The position numbers were made by a program, and so were the translations under genes. A stretch of 64,000 nt of DNA from Thermoplasmatota archaeon (GTDB lineage: Archaea > Thermoplasmatota > Thermoplasmata > UBA10834): contig JBFMHR010000002.1 of NCBI GenBank assembly GCA_040751795.1, positions 96,001-160,000 on the forward strand, read 5' to 3'. Positions within the stretch are counted from its first letter, which is position 1; every line of letters starts with the position of its first letter. Shown piece after piece: positions 37,460 through 47,337 of the stretch. The notes beneath the pieces were generated by a model. The model saw only the letters and a list, made by a program, of their open reading frames with translations. It made no database searches and was not told where the DNA came from.

Positions 37460-39298
37460 TCAGCCCCTGAACACGGGCCTCTTGGACAGCAGCCTCGGGA
37501 GGGGGAGCCTGGCGCCTGGATAGCCCTTGGTGAGCCTCTCCATCTCCGACCTGATGTCCTCCCTCGACATTTCCTTGACCTCGCCGGAGCGGAGCCTCGC
37601 GGGTATCCTCCCCGACGCCCTCTCCTTCTCGCCCAGCACCACGATCATCGGGATCCACTCCATCTCCGCGTTCCGGATCTTCTTCCCGACCTTGTCGTCG
37701 GTGTCGTCTATGTCGACCCTGCCGGGCAGGGAGTCGGCGAGCGTCGCGCAGTCCGCGACGAAGTCCTTGCTCACGGGTATGAGCCTCACCTGCGTCGGCG
37801 AGAGCCAGAAAGGCAGGCTCGGCTTCTCGTGCTTGAGCGCCTCCTCGAGCAGGACGTACATCCAGCGCTCTATCGACCCTATCGAAGAGTGGGTGATGAT
37901 GCAGCCGCGCTTCTTCCCCTCGGAGTCGGCGTAGACGATCCCGTACCTCTCGGCGTCGGCGACGTCCAGCTGGACCGTGCTGAGCTGGACGGAGCCGCCC
38001 ACGGAGTCGATTCCCTGGAACTCGTGCTTGACGGCCCAGTAGTGCTTCATCTCGGAGAGGACCTCTATCAGCGCGGGCTTGCCCGAGTACTTCAGCAGCT
38101 CGACTATGTTCTGCTTGTACTTGTCGTAGAACTCCTTGACGACCCTGAACGCCACTGCGTACTCCACGCCCGTCGCGTCGGCCAGCTCCCCGTAGCTCCG
38201 GTACAGGAGCATGTACTCCTTCCAGCCCTCGTCTATGTCGGCCACGAAGCAGTGCACGTCCGGCATGTGGAAGGCCCGCAGCCTCTTGAGCCCCGTCAGC
38301 TCGCCCCTCTGCTCGAGCCTGAAGCTCTTGGAGAACTCGTACACCCTGAGGGGCAGGTTCCTGTAGCTCAGGGTGGCGCCCTTCAGCATCCTGAAGAGGC
38401 CGAAGTCCCCGGCGAACCTGAGGACGAACTCCCTCTTCTCGTCGGTCCTGAGGGTGTAGTGCCTCTCGTGGAAGGACATCCCCTGGCTCCTGATGTCCGG
38501 CATGGACCAGTCGTAGAGGATGGGCGTGTCTATCTGGACGGCCCCGATCCTGTCGAGGGCGATCTCCTCGGCCCACCTCTCCAGGAGCTTGAATATCAGG
38601 TGCCCCTTGGGGAACATCCTGAAGTGGCCCCGGTCGCTCGCCTCCTCGTAGTCGACCAGCTCGAGCCTCTGCATCGCCTTGATGGACGGCGGCTCGACGC
38701 CCTTCGACCTCCCGATCTCCTCGGATATGATGAACGTCTTGAGGGACGGGTACTTGTCAAGGAACCCAAGCGAGTCGGCGTCCTCGAGGTCCACCGGGAT
38801 CTCCTCCCCCTCCGGCGTCAGGACGAAGAACTCGCTCCTGATCTTCTCCACGACCTCCTCCCTCGTCTTGGCCGGCCCGGCCCCGAACTCCCTCGAGAGC
38901 TCGGACAGGGGGTGCCCCTTGCACCTGATGTCGAACGCCTTGTACCAGCCGAAGGGGGACCTGTGGACGTCGATGCCCTTCGAGGAGATCGCGGCCTCGG
39001 TCGCCTTGAGGACGGCTATGGCCTGCTCCGGCCCGGCCAGTTCGGAGCTGAGGTGCGCGTACGGGTAGAGGACCACGCTCCTCGCCTCCACCTTGCCGAA
39101 GACCTCCGCGACGTCGGCCGCGGCGACCTCGGCCACCGCCTCCGCGTCGTCGTCCGAGGACTCGACCGTCGTGAACACGACCAGAGGCTCCTTGAACGCG
39201 TGCTTCCTGGGGGCGCCCTCCGGCAGCTCCTCCGCCATCTTGGTCGGGTCCTTGACCTCGTACTCGAAACTGTCCGCGTGAATGAGGAGTACCCTCAT
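37460..39298 (-). CDS. thrS: Threonyl-tRNA synthetase, archaeal type with N-terminal editing domain
   Basis: MRVLLIHAD, YPYAHLS, PFGWYKAF..CKGHPLSELSR, GLKRLRAFHMPDVH, GSIERW, anticodon-binding domain. Confidence 0.96.
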   Translation of the reverse strand: MRVLLIHADSFEYEVKDPTKMAEELPEGAPRKHAFKEPLVVFTTVESSDDDAEAVAEVAAADVAEVFGKVEARSVVLYPYAHLSSELAGPEQAIAVLKATEAAISSKGIDVHRSPFGWYKAFDIRCKGHPLSELSREFGAGPAKTREEVVEKIRSEFFVLTPEGEEIPVDLEDADSLGFLDKYPSLKTFIISEEIGRSKGVEPPSIKAMQRLELVDYEEASDRGHFRMFPKGHLIFKLLERWAEEIALDRIGAVQIDTPILYDWSMPDIRSQGMSFHERHYTLRTDEKREFVLRFAGDFGLFRMLKGATLSYRNLPLRVYEFSKSFRLEQRGELTGLKRLRAFHMPDVHCFVADIDEGWKEYMLLYRSYGELADATGVEYAVAFRVVKEFYDKYKQNIVELLKYSGKPALIEVLSEMKHYWAVKHEFQGIDSVGGSVQLSTVQLDVADAERYGIVYADSEGKKRGCIITHSSIGSIERWMYVLLEEALKHEKPSLPFWLSPTQVRLIPVSKDFVADCATLADSLPGRVDIDDTDDKVGKKIRNAEMEWIPMIVVLGEKERASGRIPARLRSGEVKEMSREDIRSEMERLTKGYPGARLPLPRLLSKRPVFRG

Positions 39299-39423
39299 CT
39301 GTACCGCCTAACCGCCGATGAAATGACGAGGACCGTATTAAAAGGATGCACAGGCCCCAGACCGCCCAGGGGGCGAAATATACATGGGCGTGGGGCGATA
39401 CGGGTTTCAACATCGGACACGAG

Positions 39424-40554
39424 ATGGGAGGCACTCAGTTGCAGGACGGCGGCGCTTCGGGGGCGGACGTCGGGACGGCCGACCCCAGGAACCATGGGCA
39501 CGACGAGGTGGGGAAGGCCAAGGCCTTCAAGGGGATATGCGTCGCCCTCCCCCACAAGGGCAAGCCCGTGAAGATCTACGGCAACAGCCCCGCGGAGTTC
39601 ATCTCGACCCTCCAGGGCTCGAGCCTGGGCTGGGTCAACTTCACGGTCTCCGACCTGGCCTCGGAGGGCACCGAGGTCGCTGTGAAGTTCGGCTTCAGCG
39701 CCTCGCTGGTTCCGACGCTCCTGAAGGGGTACTACGCGTCCTTCGAGGACCTCGACACGGAGATGGGAATCATGGTCCCCGCCGTGAAGGTGTCCGGCCT
39801 CGAGGTCGAGGCGTTCCCGCTCATACTGCTGGTCAGGAAGGACCTCATCGTCACCCTCCACAGCAAGGACGTGGAGAGGCTGGTCCTGTTCTCCAGGTAC
39901 GCCGACTCTTTCCTGAGGAAGCTGCCGGAGGGGATGTCGCTCGGCGACCGGCTCACCATGATGCTGGTGAGGATACTCGACGAGAACAACTCGCACAACT
40001 TCGAGCACGTCAGGGAGATAGAGGAGCAGGCCGACGCGATGAGCGAGCTGCTGCTGGACCCGGAATCCCCGAGGATGGAGATCGGAAGGAAGATATACGA
40101 GCTGAAGCACGCCCTCATCACCTACCTCAACACCCTCTGGAGGACCATGGACGTCCTCCACTCCCTGAGGTACGGCGACGCGGAGCTCATAGCCGACAAC
40201 CCCAAGACTCTCGCCAAGGTCGGCCTCCTGGTGGAGGACGTGAACAGGCAGATCTCCCTGAGCGAGCACATGTCCGAGGTCCTCGCGTCCGGGCTGGAGG
40301 TCCTCCAGGCGCTCTACAACAACCAGCTCCAGACCCTCAACAACCGCATGGCGCTCACGATGACCTGGCTCACGATCCTCGGCACGGCCGTACTCGTCCC
40401 GAACACCATCGCGACGGTGGTCGGTTCCCTGGGTGGCATGGACAGCACGATGCTGTTCTGGTACGGCACGGTGCTCGTCCTGGCGACCCTCAACTCGACA
40501 TACCTGGCATACTGGTGGGTCAAGCGCTGGGTCCACCTCCCCCGGGGCGGATGA
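39424..40554 (+). CDS. corA: CorA family Mg2+/divalent cation transporter
   Basis: Long helical cytoplasmic domain, LNNRMALTMTWLTILGTAVLVPNTIAT, GGMD variant of the GMN motif, two C-terminal TM segments; start uncertain. Confidence 0.8.
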   Translation: MGGTQLQDGGASGADVGTADPRNHGHDEVGKAKAFKGICVALPHKGKPVKIYGNSPAEFISTLQGSSLGWVNFTVSDLASEGTEVAVKFGFSASLVPTLLKGYYASFEDLDTEMGIMVPAVKVSGLEVEAFPLILLVRKDLIVTLHSKDVERLVLFSRYADSFLRKLPEGMSLGDRLTMMLVRILDENNSHNFEHVREIEEQADAMSELLLDPESPRMEIGRKIYELKHALITYLNTLWRTMDVLHSLRYGDAELIADNPKTLAKVGLLVEDVNRQISLSEHMSEVLASGLEVLQALYNNQLQTLNNRMALTMTWLTILGTAVLVPNTIATVVGSLGGMDSTMLFWYGTVLVLATLNSTYLAYWWVKRWVHLPRGG

Positions 40555-40612
40555 GCCCGGGCCCCTCCGGACACTTCGCCGGAACCCTTTTCAACTAGCT
40601 CGGGGCATAGGT

Positions 40613-41008
40613 ATGCCGAGGACTGGAAACTTGAAGGAATTCGATGTCTTCGTCCAGGACAAGCCAGGGGAGCTGGCCAAGGTGTGCGAGATCCTCGGCA
40701 ACAACGGGGTGAACATCAAGGGGATCGCGAGCGAGAGGAACAACTCCCGCCCCCTGATCAGGGTCGTGACCGACGACGAGGCCACCGCGAAGGCCGCCCT
40801 GACACGGTCCGGGATAGGCTTCGATCTCAGGGACGTCATCCCCATAAGGCTCCCCGACAAGCCCGGCGAGCTGGGGAAGGTCGCCAAGAAGCTGGCCAGG
40901 GCGATGGTGAACGTCGATTCCATATTCATCCTCGGGAAGGACAGCGGCCACACCGAGATGGTGCTCACGGTCGACAACAAGAAGAAGGCCGAAGAGGCGC
41001 TGAAGTAG
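40613..41008 (+). CDS. Tandem ACT-domain protein
   Basis: Two DKPGEL repeats (DKPGELAKVCEILGNNGVNI; DKPGELGKVAKKLARAMVNV). Confidence 0.88.
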   Translation: MPRTGNLKEFDVFVQDKPGELAKVCEILGNNGVNIKGIASERNNSRPLIRVVTDDEATAKAALTRSGIGFDLRDVIPIRLPDKPGELGKVAKKLARAMVNVDSIFILGKDSGHTEMVLTVDNKKKAEEALK

Positions 41009-41048
41009 CCCCGCCGCCGCTTCGTTGAATCCCATCCGCCCAGACGCA

Positions 41049-41429
41049 TCACTCGAGGCTCTTCCCTCGCCTCACGAGGATCTCCTCGAGCAGGTTCCTG
41101 GCCTCCCTCACCTTGGCCAGTTCCTCGTGCGACAGGTCCAGCCTCAGCAGGTGGGACCACACCTTTGAGAGGGAGTGATAGGATTCCTTAATCAGCTCGA
41201 GGTCCTCGTCCATGGGGGACGGGGCCTCAGCTGGCTTCTCCTCGGTGAGCCTGTAGATCGCGTTCCTCCCGACCTTCGTCCTCCTCACCACCCCCTTCCT
41301 CTCGAGCTTCTGGAGCGCCTGGGTCGCGCCGGACTGGGTTATCCTCAGCTCCGACGCCAGCAGGGTCGGCGAGTTGATGCCGCGGCCCAGTATCTCCACG
41401 ATGTGCCTCTCCCGGTCGGTCAGAGTCAT
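41049..41429 (-). CDS. Winged-helix DNA-binding protein (MarR/ArsR-like) with C-terminal helical domain
   Basis: LTDRERHIVEIL...PTLLASELRITQSGATQALQKLERKGVVRRTKVGRNAIYRL; ATG 41429 after GGTG (alternative 41444). Confidence 0.82.
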   Translation of the reverse strand: MTLTDRERHIVEILGRGINSPTLLASELRITQSGATQALQKLERKGVVRRTKVGRNAIYRLTEEKPAEAPSPMDEDLELIKESYHSLSKVWSHLLRLDLSHEELAKVREARNLLEEILVRRGKSLE

Positions 41430-41441
41430 GTTCACACCATC

Positions 41442-41470
41442 CATAAGTGAAATATTAGTCGTGACTTATG
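41442..41470. promoter_or_regulatory. Inverted repeat CATAAGT-N15-ACTTATG upstream of the wHTH gene (putative auto-operator)
   Basis: Perfect 7-bp inverted repeat, with additional GCTTAAT and GCTTATG half-sites at ~41474-41490. Confidence 0.5.
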
Positions 41471-41642
41471 CGTGCTTAATCGGGCTTATGCTTCGCACTC
41501 CGTCCTCCTAATTGCTGACGGCATACAATACTGTTTCGGACCTTGGCCAGATAGGGCGATGCTGGCCGCTTAACGGAATCCGTGAAGCGTAAGTGATCCT
41601 TCCGCAGGCCCTGCACCACCGCCGGGGCCCGGAGGAGCTCGC

Positions 41643-43103
41643 TCACTCCGATGCCTTGCCCTGCTGCTTGTCGATCTCCGAGATCTCCTCTTCGGGGGTC
41701 CTCTTCCTCGGCTTCTTGATCGAGCCAGGTATCATGAGGTTCATGAACCTCTCGAAGTACATCTTCTCCCTGAGGACCTCCTCCCTCTCGTTCTCGAGGT
41801 TGGCCACGGCCCCGAGCGACTCCGCGCCGAGCCCGAAGGACTCCATCCTGAGCTTGTCCAGGTCCCCCGCCAGTGCGGCCTCGTGCACCTCGAGCCTCTT
41901 GCCTATGCGCTCCATCGCGAGCCCCAGGAGCATCTTCTCGAGGAGCGCGACCTGCTCCTCCTTGGTCTTCTTGGAGAGGAGCATCTTCGCTGCCTCGTCC
42001 TTGAACTGGAGCCTCGCGCCGGCGTGCTCCTCGTCGGTCCTCATGACCCATAGCATCGGGTGCTCGGGGGAGTTGAACGTCACCTTCTCGGGCACGAGCG
42101 TCTCGGCGGAGATCTTCGTGGCCGGGTCCCCCGAGGAGTGGTATATCGCGTAGAAGCTCATGCGCTCGAGGAAGTTCACCTCGAGGAACTCCCTCCTGTT
42201 CTTCTCGAGGATGGTCAGCTCCCCCTTCGCCATCTCCTCGAGTATGGCCGCGGGGGTGGCGTTGGGCTTCGAGTCCCCGAGGTACCTGGACGCGCCCATG
42301 ATGCACCTCAGCGGCTCGTAGGACCTCGTCATCCAGAAGGACGGAGGGTAGGTGGTCCACGGCCTCCTCTTGTCCGGCTCGTCCTCCTTCTTCACCTTCA
42401 GCTTGGAGAAGGAGAACTCGGAGAACTGGTAGCGTATCCTGCCGTCGGCCCTCTCGAGCACGCCGCTCGGGACGCCCTCCTTCGAGACTATCCTGTCCGC
42501 CCAGAAGCCGAGGTCCTTCCTCAGCTGCGGCCTCGTGACCTCGCCATGGCGCCCGATGTAGCTGAGGACCTTCCTCCTCGTGGGGGTGACGAGCCAGCTG
42601 AGCCAGAGGACGAATGTCTTGGGCGAGTCGATGTACGGCACGGGCAGGATGGTGTGGTCGGCCGCGGTCCCCCACGCCGGCAGGACCGCCTGTCCGGGCG
42701 TGTGGGCGAAGGTCCTGTCCAGGAAGACGTTCAGGGCGACCTCGTCCTCCTCCTCGGAGAAGTCCCGCACCGGCGAGGGCTCGATCCTCAGGTCCGAGTT
42801 GAGGAAGTAGTAGTTCTGCCTCTTCGAGGTGACGGGGAGGAGGACGCCGCAGTCGACCCCCTTCGCGAGCAGGGTCCTCATCTGGACTTTCGACTTGTCC
42901 TTGAGGGACCTCGTCTGGGCGCTGAGGGACAGCCTCCTCATGGAGTCGGTCATCGGGCTGCGCTCGATCTCCCTCCTGGTGAGCGGCTGCCTGTGCAGCA
43001 GCGCGTACACGACGGCCCTCGAGACGTTGTTGGTCAGGAACTCTCCGATCTCTGTAGCCTTCTGCTTCTGAACAGGCAAGACCTGCGGTGACATCCCATC
43101 CAC
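41643..43103 (-). CDS. Hypothetical protein with two winged-helix-like segments and a C-terminal coiled coil
   Basis: 486-aa GC3-biased ORF; SRAVVYALLHRQPLTRREI and TPTRRKVLSYIGRHGEVTRPQLRKDLG resemble wHTH starts; E/K-rich C-terminus; AT-rich promoter region upstream. Confidence 0.65.
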   Translation of the reverse strand: MDGMSPQVLPVQKQKATEIGEFLTNNVSRAVVYALLHRQPLTRREIERSPMTDSMRRLSLSAQTRSLKDKSKVQMRTLLAKGVDCGVLLPVTSKRQNYYFLNSDLRIEPSPVRDFSEEEDEVALNVFLDRTFAHTPGQAVLPAWGTAADHTILPVPYIDSPKTFVLWLSWLVTPTRRKVLSYIGRHGEVTRPQLRKDLGFWADRIVSKEGVPSGVLERADGRIRYQFSEFSFSKLKVKKEDEPDKRRPWTTYPPSFWMTRSYEPLRCIMGASRYLGDSKPNATPAAILEEMAKGELTILEKNRREFLEVNFLERMSFYAIYHSSGDPATKISAETLVPEKVTFNSPEHPMLWVMRTDEEHAGARLQFKDEAAKMLLSKKTKEEQVALLEKMLLGLAMERIGKRLEVHEAALAGDLDKLRMESFGLGAESLGAVANLENEREEVLREKMYFERFMNLMIPGSIKKPRKRTPEEEISEIDKQQGKASE

Positions 43104-43199
43104 CTCTACTGCCCTTTTTAATTCAAAACGAGTTATGGCTATTTAGAAGTATGCTCAGAATGGTATGAACATGGGGCTGGAACCCATTCCGCCATCGCA

Positions 43200-44378
43200 T
43201 CAGTAGAACCGGCGTGAGGCCTGCGCCTCCTCCTCCACCAGGATCTTGCGCTTCCCGAGCTCCCGGAAGAACGGCTCCGGCTCTATGCACGCCTCGGGGG
43301 GCAGTGTGCCCCTCTCCTTGATTCTCCCGTTGGCGAGCCAGTCAGCCGTTATCGAGGGCGGGACGGCCGTGTCCCTCCCCGAGGGGGCTCCGGTCTCCCT
43401 GTCGTTCCAGGTCCTCACGAAGTATGTGGCCTGCGCGGGCGCCCCGTCCCTCTGGCCGGTGACGTCCACCCTGAAGAAGTCGTACTCGTCCACGCCCTCG
43501 GACGAGTCCCTGGACGAGGCCACGGCGTCGAGGTACATGGATGTTATGAACTCCTTCGGCGACACCCTCTTCCCGCGAACGTCTATCTCCCTCTCGCTGC
43601 CGAACCCGAGCTGGGCCAGGGTCTTGAAGGTCGCGAAGTCGTTCGGGGGGAAGCCGATCCTGAAGCTCACGTTCCTCGTCCCCTTGCCTATGAAGTCGGC
43701 CATCGTGGCCGGCTCCGAGTGCTTGATGTAGTACGCGACGACCTTCCCCGCTGGCTCCGGCATCCAGACCTCCGTCCTGCCTGACAGCACCGGCATCCTG
43801 GTCTTCACGCCGTCCTTCACCACGGGCGGCTCCTGGGTCAGCTCGTCCAGAACGGTCCTCACCGAGTAAGACGGCATCGACGCCCTGTCGCTCCCCGCCT
43901 TCGTGCCCCAGGTGCAGTAGATGTCGATCGTGTCGACCTTGTCCATCCTCCTGGCGCCGGCCGCCCCGCATATGTTCGTGATGCCTGGCGAGGAGCCGAT
44001 CCCGAGGACGCAGGTCACACCCGCGTCCTTCGCCTTCCTGTCGTACTTGAGCTGCTGGAACGTGAAGTCGTAGAACCCGCCGAGGTCGCCGTAGTGTGCG
44101 CCCAGGTCTATGGCCACGGGCATGACCTTGATGTTCAGCTCGTACCAGGCGGAGTTGAGGACCACGTCGGCCCCCTTCGCCGCCCTCCTCAGCTCGTCCT
44201 TGTCGGCCGCGTCCAGCTTGACCGGCGTGACATGCTCCTTGGACACGGACTCGGCGACCTTCTTCGCCCTCTCCAGGCTCAGGTCGCCGGCGACCACGTC
44301 GGCGCCGTACGACTCTACGAGGTCCCTGACGGTCATCGCGCCCATCTGTCCGGATGCGCCTACGACAAGCACCTTCAT
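43200..44378 (-). CDS. Saccharopine dehydrogenase / lysine 6-dehydrogenase family oxidoreductase
   Basis: MKVLVVGASGQMG, HYGDLGG, GIGSSPGITN, YSVRTVLDE, HSEPAT, GTLPPE; ATG 44378. Confidence 0.87.
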   Translation of the reverse strand: MKVLVVGASGQMGAMTVRDLVESYGADVVAGDLSLERAKKVAESVSKEHVTPVKLDAADKDELRRAAKGADVVLNSAWYELNIKVMPVAIDLGAHYGDLGGFYDFTFQQLKYDRKAKDAGVTCVLGIGSSPGITNICGAAGARRMDKVDTIDIYCTWGTKAGSDRASMPSYSVRTVLDELTQEPPVVKDGVKTRMPVLSGRTEVWMPEPAGKVVAYYIKHSEPATMADFIGKGTRNVSFRIGFPPNDFATFKTLAQLGFGSEREIDVRGKRVSPKEFITSMYLDAVASSRDSSEGVDEYDFFRVDVTGQRDGAPAQATYFVRTWNDRETGAPSGRDTAVPPSITADWLANGRIKERGTLPPEACIEPEPFFRELGKRKILVEEEAQASRRFY

Positions 44379-44449
44379 GCTACCTCTCCCCACGCTGCTG
44401 ACCGTTAGAGCGAACGCTTACTTAGCGTTGTCCCTGGGCGGGGCCCCGG

Positions 44450-45571
44450 TCACATGGACCGCAGCCTTGACGCGACCGCGTCCCCCACGGCCGATGTGGA
44501 CGCGCTCCCTCCGATGTCGGCCGTCATGTGCCTCCCGCCCGCGAGGACGTCCCGGACCGCGCGCTCCATGTCCCTCGCGGCCTCGGGGTGCCCGAGGGCC
44601 TTCATCATGAGCGCCGAGGACAGTATCGCGCCGACGGGGTTCGCCAGGCCCTTGCCGGCGATGTCCGGGGCGGAGCCGTGGACGGGCTCGAACATGCTCA
44701 CGCCCCCGGGGTTGATGTTCCCCGAGGGGGCGAAGCCGAGGCCGCCCTGGAGCGCCGCGCCGAGGTCCGTGAGTATGTCGCCGAAGAGATTCGGCGTCAC
44801 GAGGACGCCGAACCGCTCGGGGCTCCTGACCATGTGGAGGGCGACCGCGTCGACGTACAGGAACTCCCTGTCCATCCCGTGCCGCTTGGACGCGCGCTCG
44901 ACCGCCTCGCGCCAGAGCCCGTACACCTCCGTGAGGACGTTCGCCTTGTCGACCGACGTCACCATGCGCAGGCCCTTCTCCTTGGCCAGCCCGAAGGCGA
45001 AGTCGACCACCCGGTCGGCGCCGCCCTTGGTGACCACGCCGATCTGGAAGGCCAGCTCGTCCTCGTCCCTGAGGTCGATGCCGACGTCGAACTTGGCCTC
45101 GTAGGCCCTCCTCACGAGGTCGAGGTCCGCGCGCGACCTCCCGCGCCCGACCCTCCCGCCCAGGCCGACGTAGAAGTCCTCCGTGTTCTCCCTCACGAAG
45201 GTCATGTCGACCTTCCTGTCCCTCCCGGCCAGCGGGCCGGGCACGCCCTCGAAGAGCTGGACGGGCCTGAGGTTGACGTACTGGTCGAAGTGGAACCTGA
45301 GCCTGAGAAGCACACCCTTCTCGAGCACCCCCGGCTTCACCCTGGGGTCGCCCATGGCACCGAGCAGTAGGGCGTGCTTCTCCCCGAGCCTGGAGACGGT
45401 CTCGTCGGAGAGGACCTCTCCGGTCCTGAGGTAGTGGGCCGCCCCGAGGGGGAACTCCTCGAAGTCGATGGACGCGCCGCACCTCTCGCATGCGACGTCC
45501 AGCACCCTCCGCGCCTCCCTGACCACCTCCGGGCCGATGCCGTCGCCCGGTATGACGCCTACCTTCTGCAA
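44450..45571 (-). CDS. leuB: 3-isopropylmalate dehydrogenase
   Basis: GVIPGDGIGPEV, VNLRP, RENTEDFY, DKANVL, NLFGDILTDL, FEPVHGSAPDIAGKGLANP; TTG 45571 overlapping the end of leuD. Confidence 0.88.
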   Translation of the reverse strand: MQKVGVIPGDGIGPEVVREARRVLDVACERCGASIDFEEFPLGAAHYLRTGEVLSDETVSRLGEKHALLLGAMGDPRVKPGVLEKGVLLRLRFHFDQYVNLRPVQLFEGVPGPLAGRDRKVDMTFVRENTEDFYVGLGGRVGRGRSRADLDLVRRAYEAKFDVGIDLRDEDELAFQIGVVTKGGADRVVDFAFGLAKEKGLRMVTSVDKANVLTEVYGLWREAVERASKRHGMDREFLYVDAVALHMVRSPERFGVLVTPNLFGDILTDLGAALQGGLGFAPSGNINPGGVSMFEPVHGSAPDIAGKGLANPVGAILSSALMMKALGHPEAARDMERAVRDVLAGGRHMTADIGGSASTSAVGDAVASRLRSM

Positions 45572-46056
45572 CCCAACATCTCCTTGGTGTAGGGGACGAG
45601 GCCCCCCTTCTCGATGAGCATCATCACGAACGGCGGGTAGCTGGCGAAGGTGGTCTCCTCGCCTGTGGACTCGTTCCTGACGACCCCCTTCCCGAGGTCG
45701 ACCGACACGACGTCGCCCCTCTTCGCCGCCAGCCTCGCCTCTACTAGCGGGAGTCCTATGTTGATCGAGTTCCTGAAGAATATCCGCGCGAAGGACTCCG
45801 CGACGACGCACGAGACGCCCGCCCCCATCAGCGCCCTCGGGGCGTGCTCCCTGCTCGACCCGCAGCCGAAGTTCCTGCCGGCCACGACGATGTCGCCGGT
45901 CCTGACCTCCGCCGGGAACTCCGGCGCGACCTTGGAGAACGCGAACTTCGCGAGCTCCCTGTTGTCCATGGTCACCAGGTGCTCGGCCGGGATTATCTGG
46001 TCGGTGTCGACGTTGTCGCCGAATGTCCATGCGCCGCCCCTGAGGGTCCCCTTCAT
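45559..46056 (-). CDS. leuD: 3-isopropylmalate dehydratase small subunit
   Basis: FGDNVDTDQIIP, AGRNFGCGSSREHAP, SFARIFFRNSINIGLP; ATGA overlap with leuC. Confidence 0.93.
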   Translation of the reverse strand: MKGTLRGGAWTFGDNVDTDQIIPAEHLVTMDNRELAKFAFSKVAPEFPAEVRTGDIVVAGRNFGCGSSREHAPRALMGAGVSCVVAESFARIFFRNSINIGLPLVEARLAAKRGDVVSVDLGKGVVRNESTGEETTFASYPPFVMMLIEKGGLVPYTKEMLGCRR

Positions 46057-47306
46057 CCGACCACCTCCGACGGGTCGACGATCCTGCCGGCGACCGCGCT
46101 GGCTGCGACGACAGCGGGGCTGGCCAGGTACACCTCTGAGTCCTTGTGGCCCATCCTCCCGACGAAGTTCCTGTTGGTGGTGCTGACGCACCTCTCGCCA
46201 GGTGCGAGGACGCCCATGTACCCGCCGAGGCACGCGCCGCAGGTCGGGCCGGAGATGTACGCGCCCGCCTCGGAGAAGACCTTGAACAGCCCTTCGGCCG
46301 AGGCCTGGTCGAACACCTGCTTGCTGGCCGGGACGACGAGGAGCCTCACACCCTCCTTGACCTTCCTGCCCCTGAGTATCGCGGCCGCGACCCTCAGGTC
46401 CTCTATCCTCCCGTTGGTGCACGAGCCGAGGTACGCCTGGTCTATCTCCACGCCGACCTCGCTGGCCGGCGCCACGTTGCTCGGGAGGTAGGGCTTCGCG
46501 ACCACGGGGACGATGTCCTCGGCCGCGTACTCCTGCGATTCGGCGTAAGCCGCCTCCGGGTCGGCCAGGACCTTCGAGTACGGCCCCCTGACCCTCCCCT
46601 TGAGGTACTCGTCCACCTTCGCATCGGGGGGGACGATGCACGCCTTCGCCCCTGCCTCGATGCCCATGTTGGAGATCGTGACCCGGTCGGAGACGGAGAG
46701 CCCTGACACCGCGGTGCCCTGGACCTCCATCGACCTGTAGAGGGCGCCCTCGACGCCAATGTCTCCGATTATGGTGAGTATGACGTCCTTGCCCATGACG
46801 TGCCTGCCCAGCTGGCCGTCGACCGTGAACCTCATCGACTCCGGGACCTTGAACCAGAGCACGCCCCTGGCGAATACGGTCGCAGCCTCGGTGCTGCCCA
46901 TCCCCGTGGCGAAGGCGCCCAGCGCGCCGTACGAGCAGGTGTGCGAGTCGGCCCCGACTATGAGCCTCCCGGGGGCGACGAACCCCGCCTCGATCATGAC
47001 CTGGTGGCATACCCCGCCGGAGCCGACCTCGAAGTAGTTGCGTACCCCGTGCCTCTTGGCGAAGGAGCGCATCTTCTTCGCCTGGACCGCGGATGCGACG
47101 TCCTTGTTGGGGACGTAGTGGTCCGGGATGAGCACGACCTTCTTCTCTAGCATCGGCGTGCACATCCCCTCGAACTCGTCGATGGCGGCAGGCGCGGTGA
47201 TGTCGTTGACCATCACGTAGTCGACCTCGGCCTCCACTATCTCCCCGGGGGAGACGTCCCTCTGGGCCTTGGCGGACAGTATCTTCTCAGCAATCGTCCT
47301 GGGCAT
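46053..47306 (-). CDS. leuC: 3-isopropylmalate dehydratase large subunit
   Basis: TIAEKIL, DH, GADSHTC, LGSCTNGR, CGACLG, STTNRNFVGRMG; ATG 47306. Confidence 0.93.
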   Translation of the reverse strand: MPRTIAEKILSAKAQRDVSPGEIVEAEVDYVMVNDITAPAAIDEFEGMCTPMLEKKVVLIPDHYVPNKDVASAVQAKKMRSFAKRHGVRNYFEVGSGGVCHQVMIEAGFVAPGRLIVGADSHTCSYGALGAFATGMGSTEAATVFARGVLWFKVPESMRFTVDGQLGRHVMGKDVILTIIGDIGVEGALYRSMEVQGTAVSGLSVSDRVTISNMGIEAGAKACIVPPDAKVDEYLKGRVRGPYSKVLADPEAAYAESQEYAAEDIVPVVAKPYLPSNVAPASEVGVEIDQAYLGSCTNGRIEDLRVAAAILRGRKVKEGVRLLVVPASKQVFDQASAEGLFKVFSEAGAYISGPTCGACLGGYMGVLAPGERCVSTTNRNFVGRMGHKDSEVYLASPAVVAASAVAGRIVDPSEVVG

Positions 47307-47337
47307 CCCTAGACCTCCATCGATGGTCATCCCCGAT

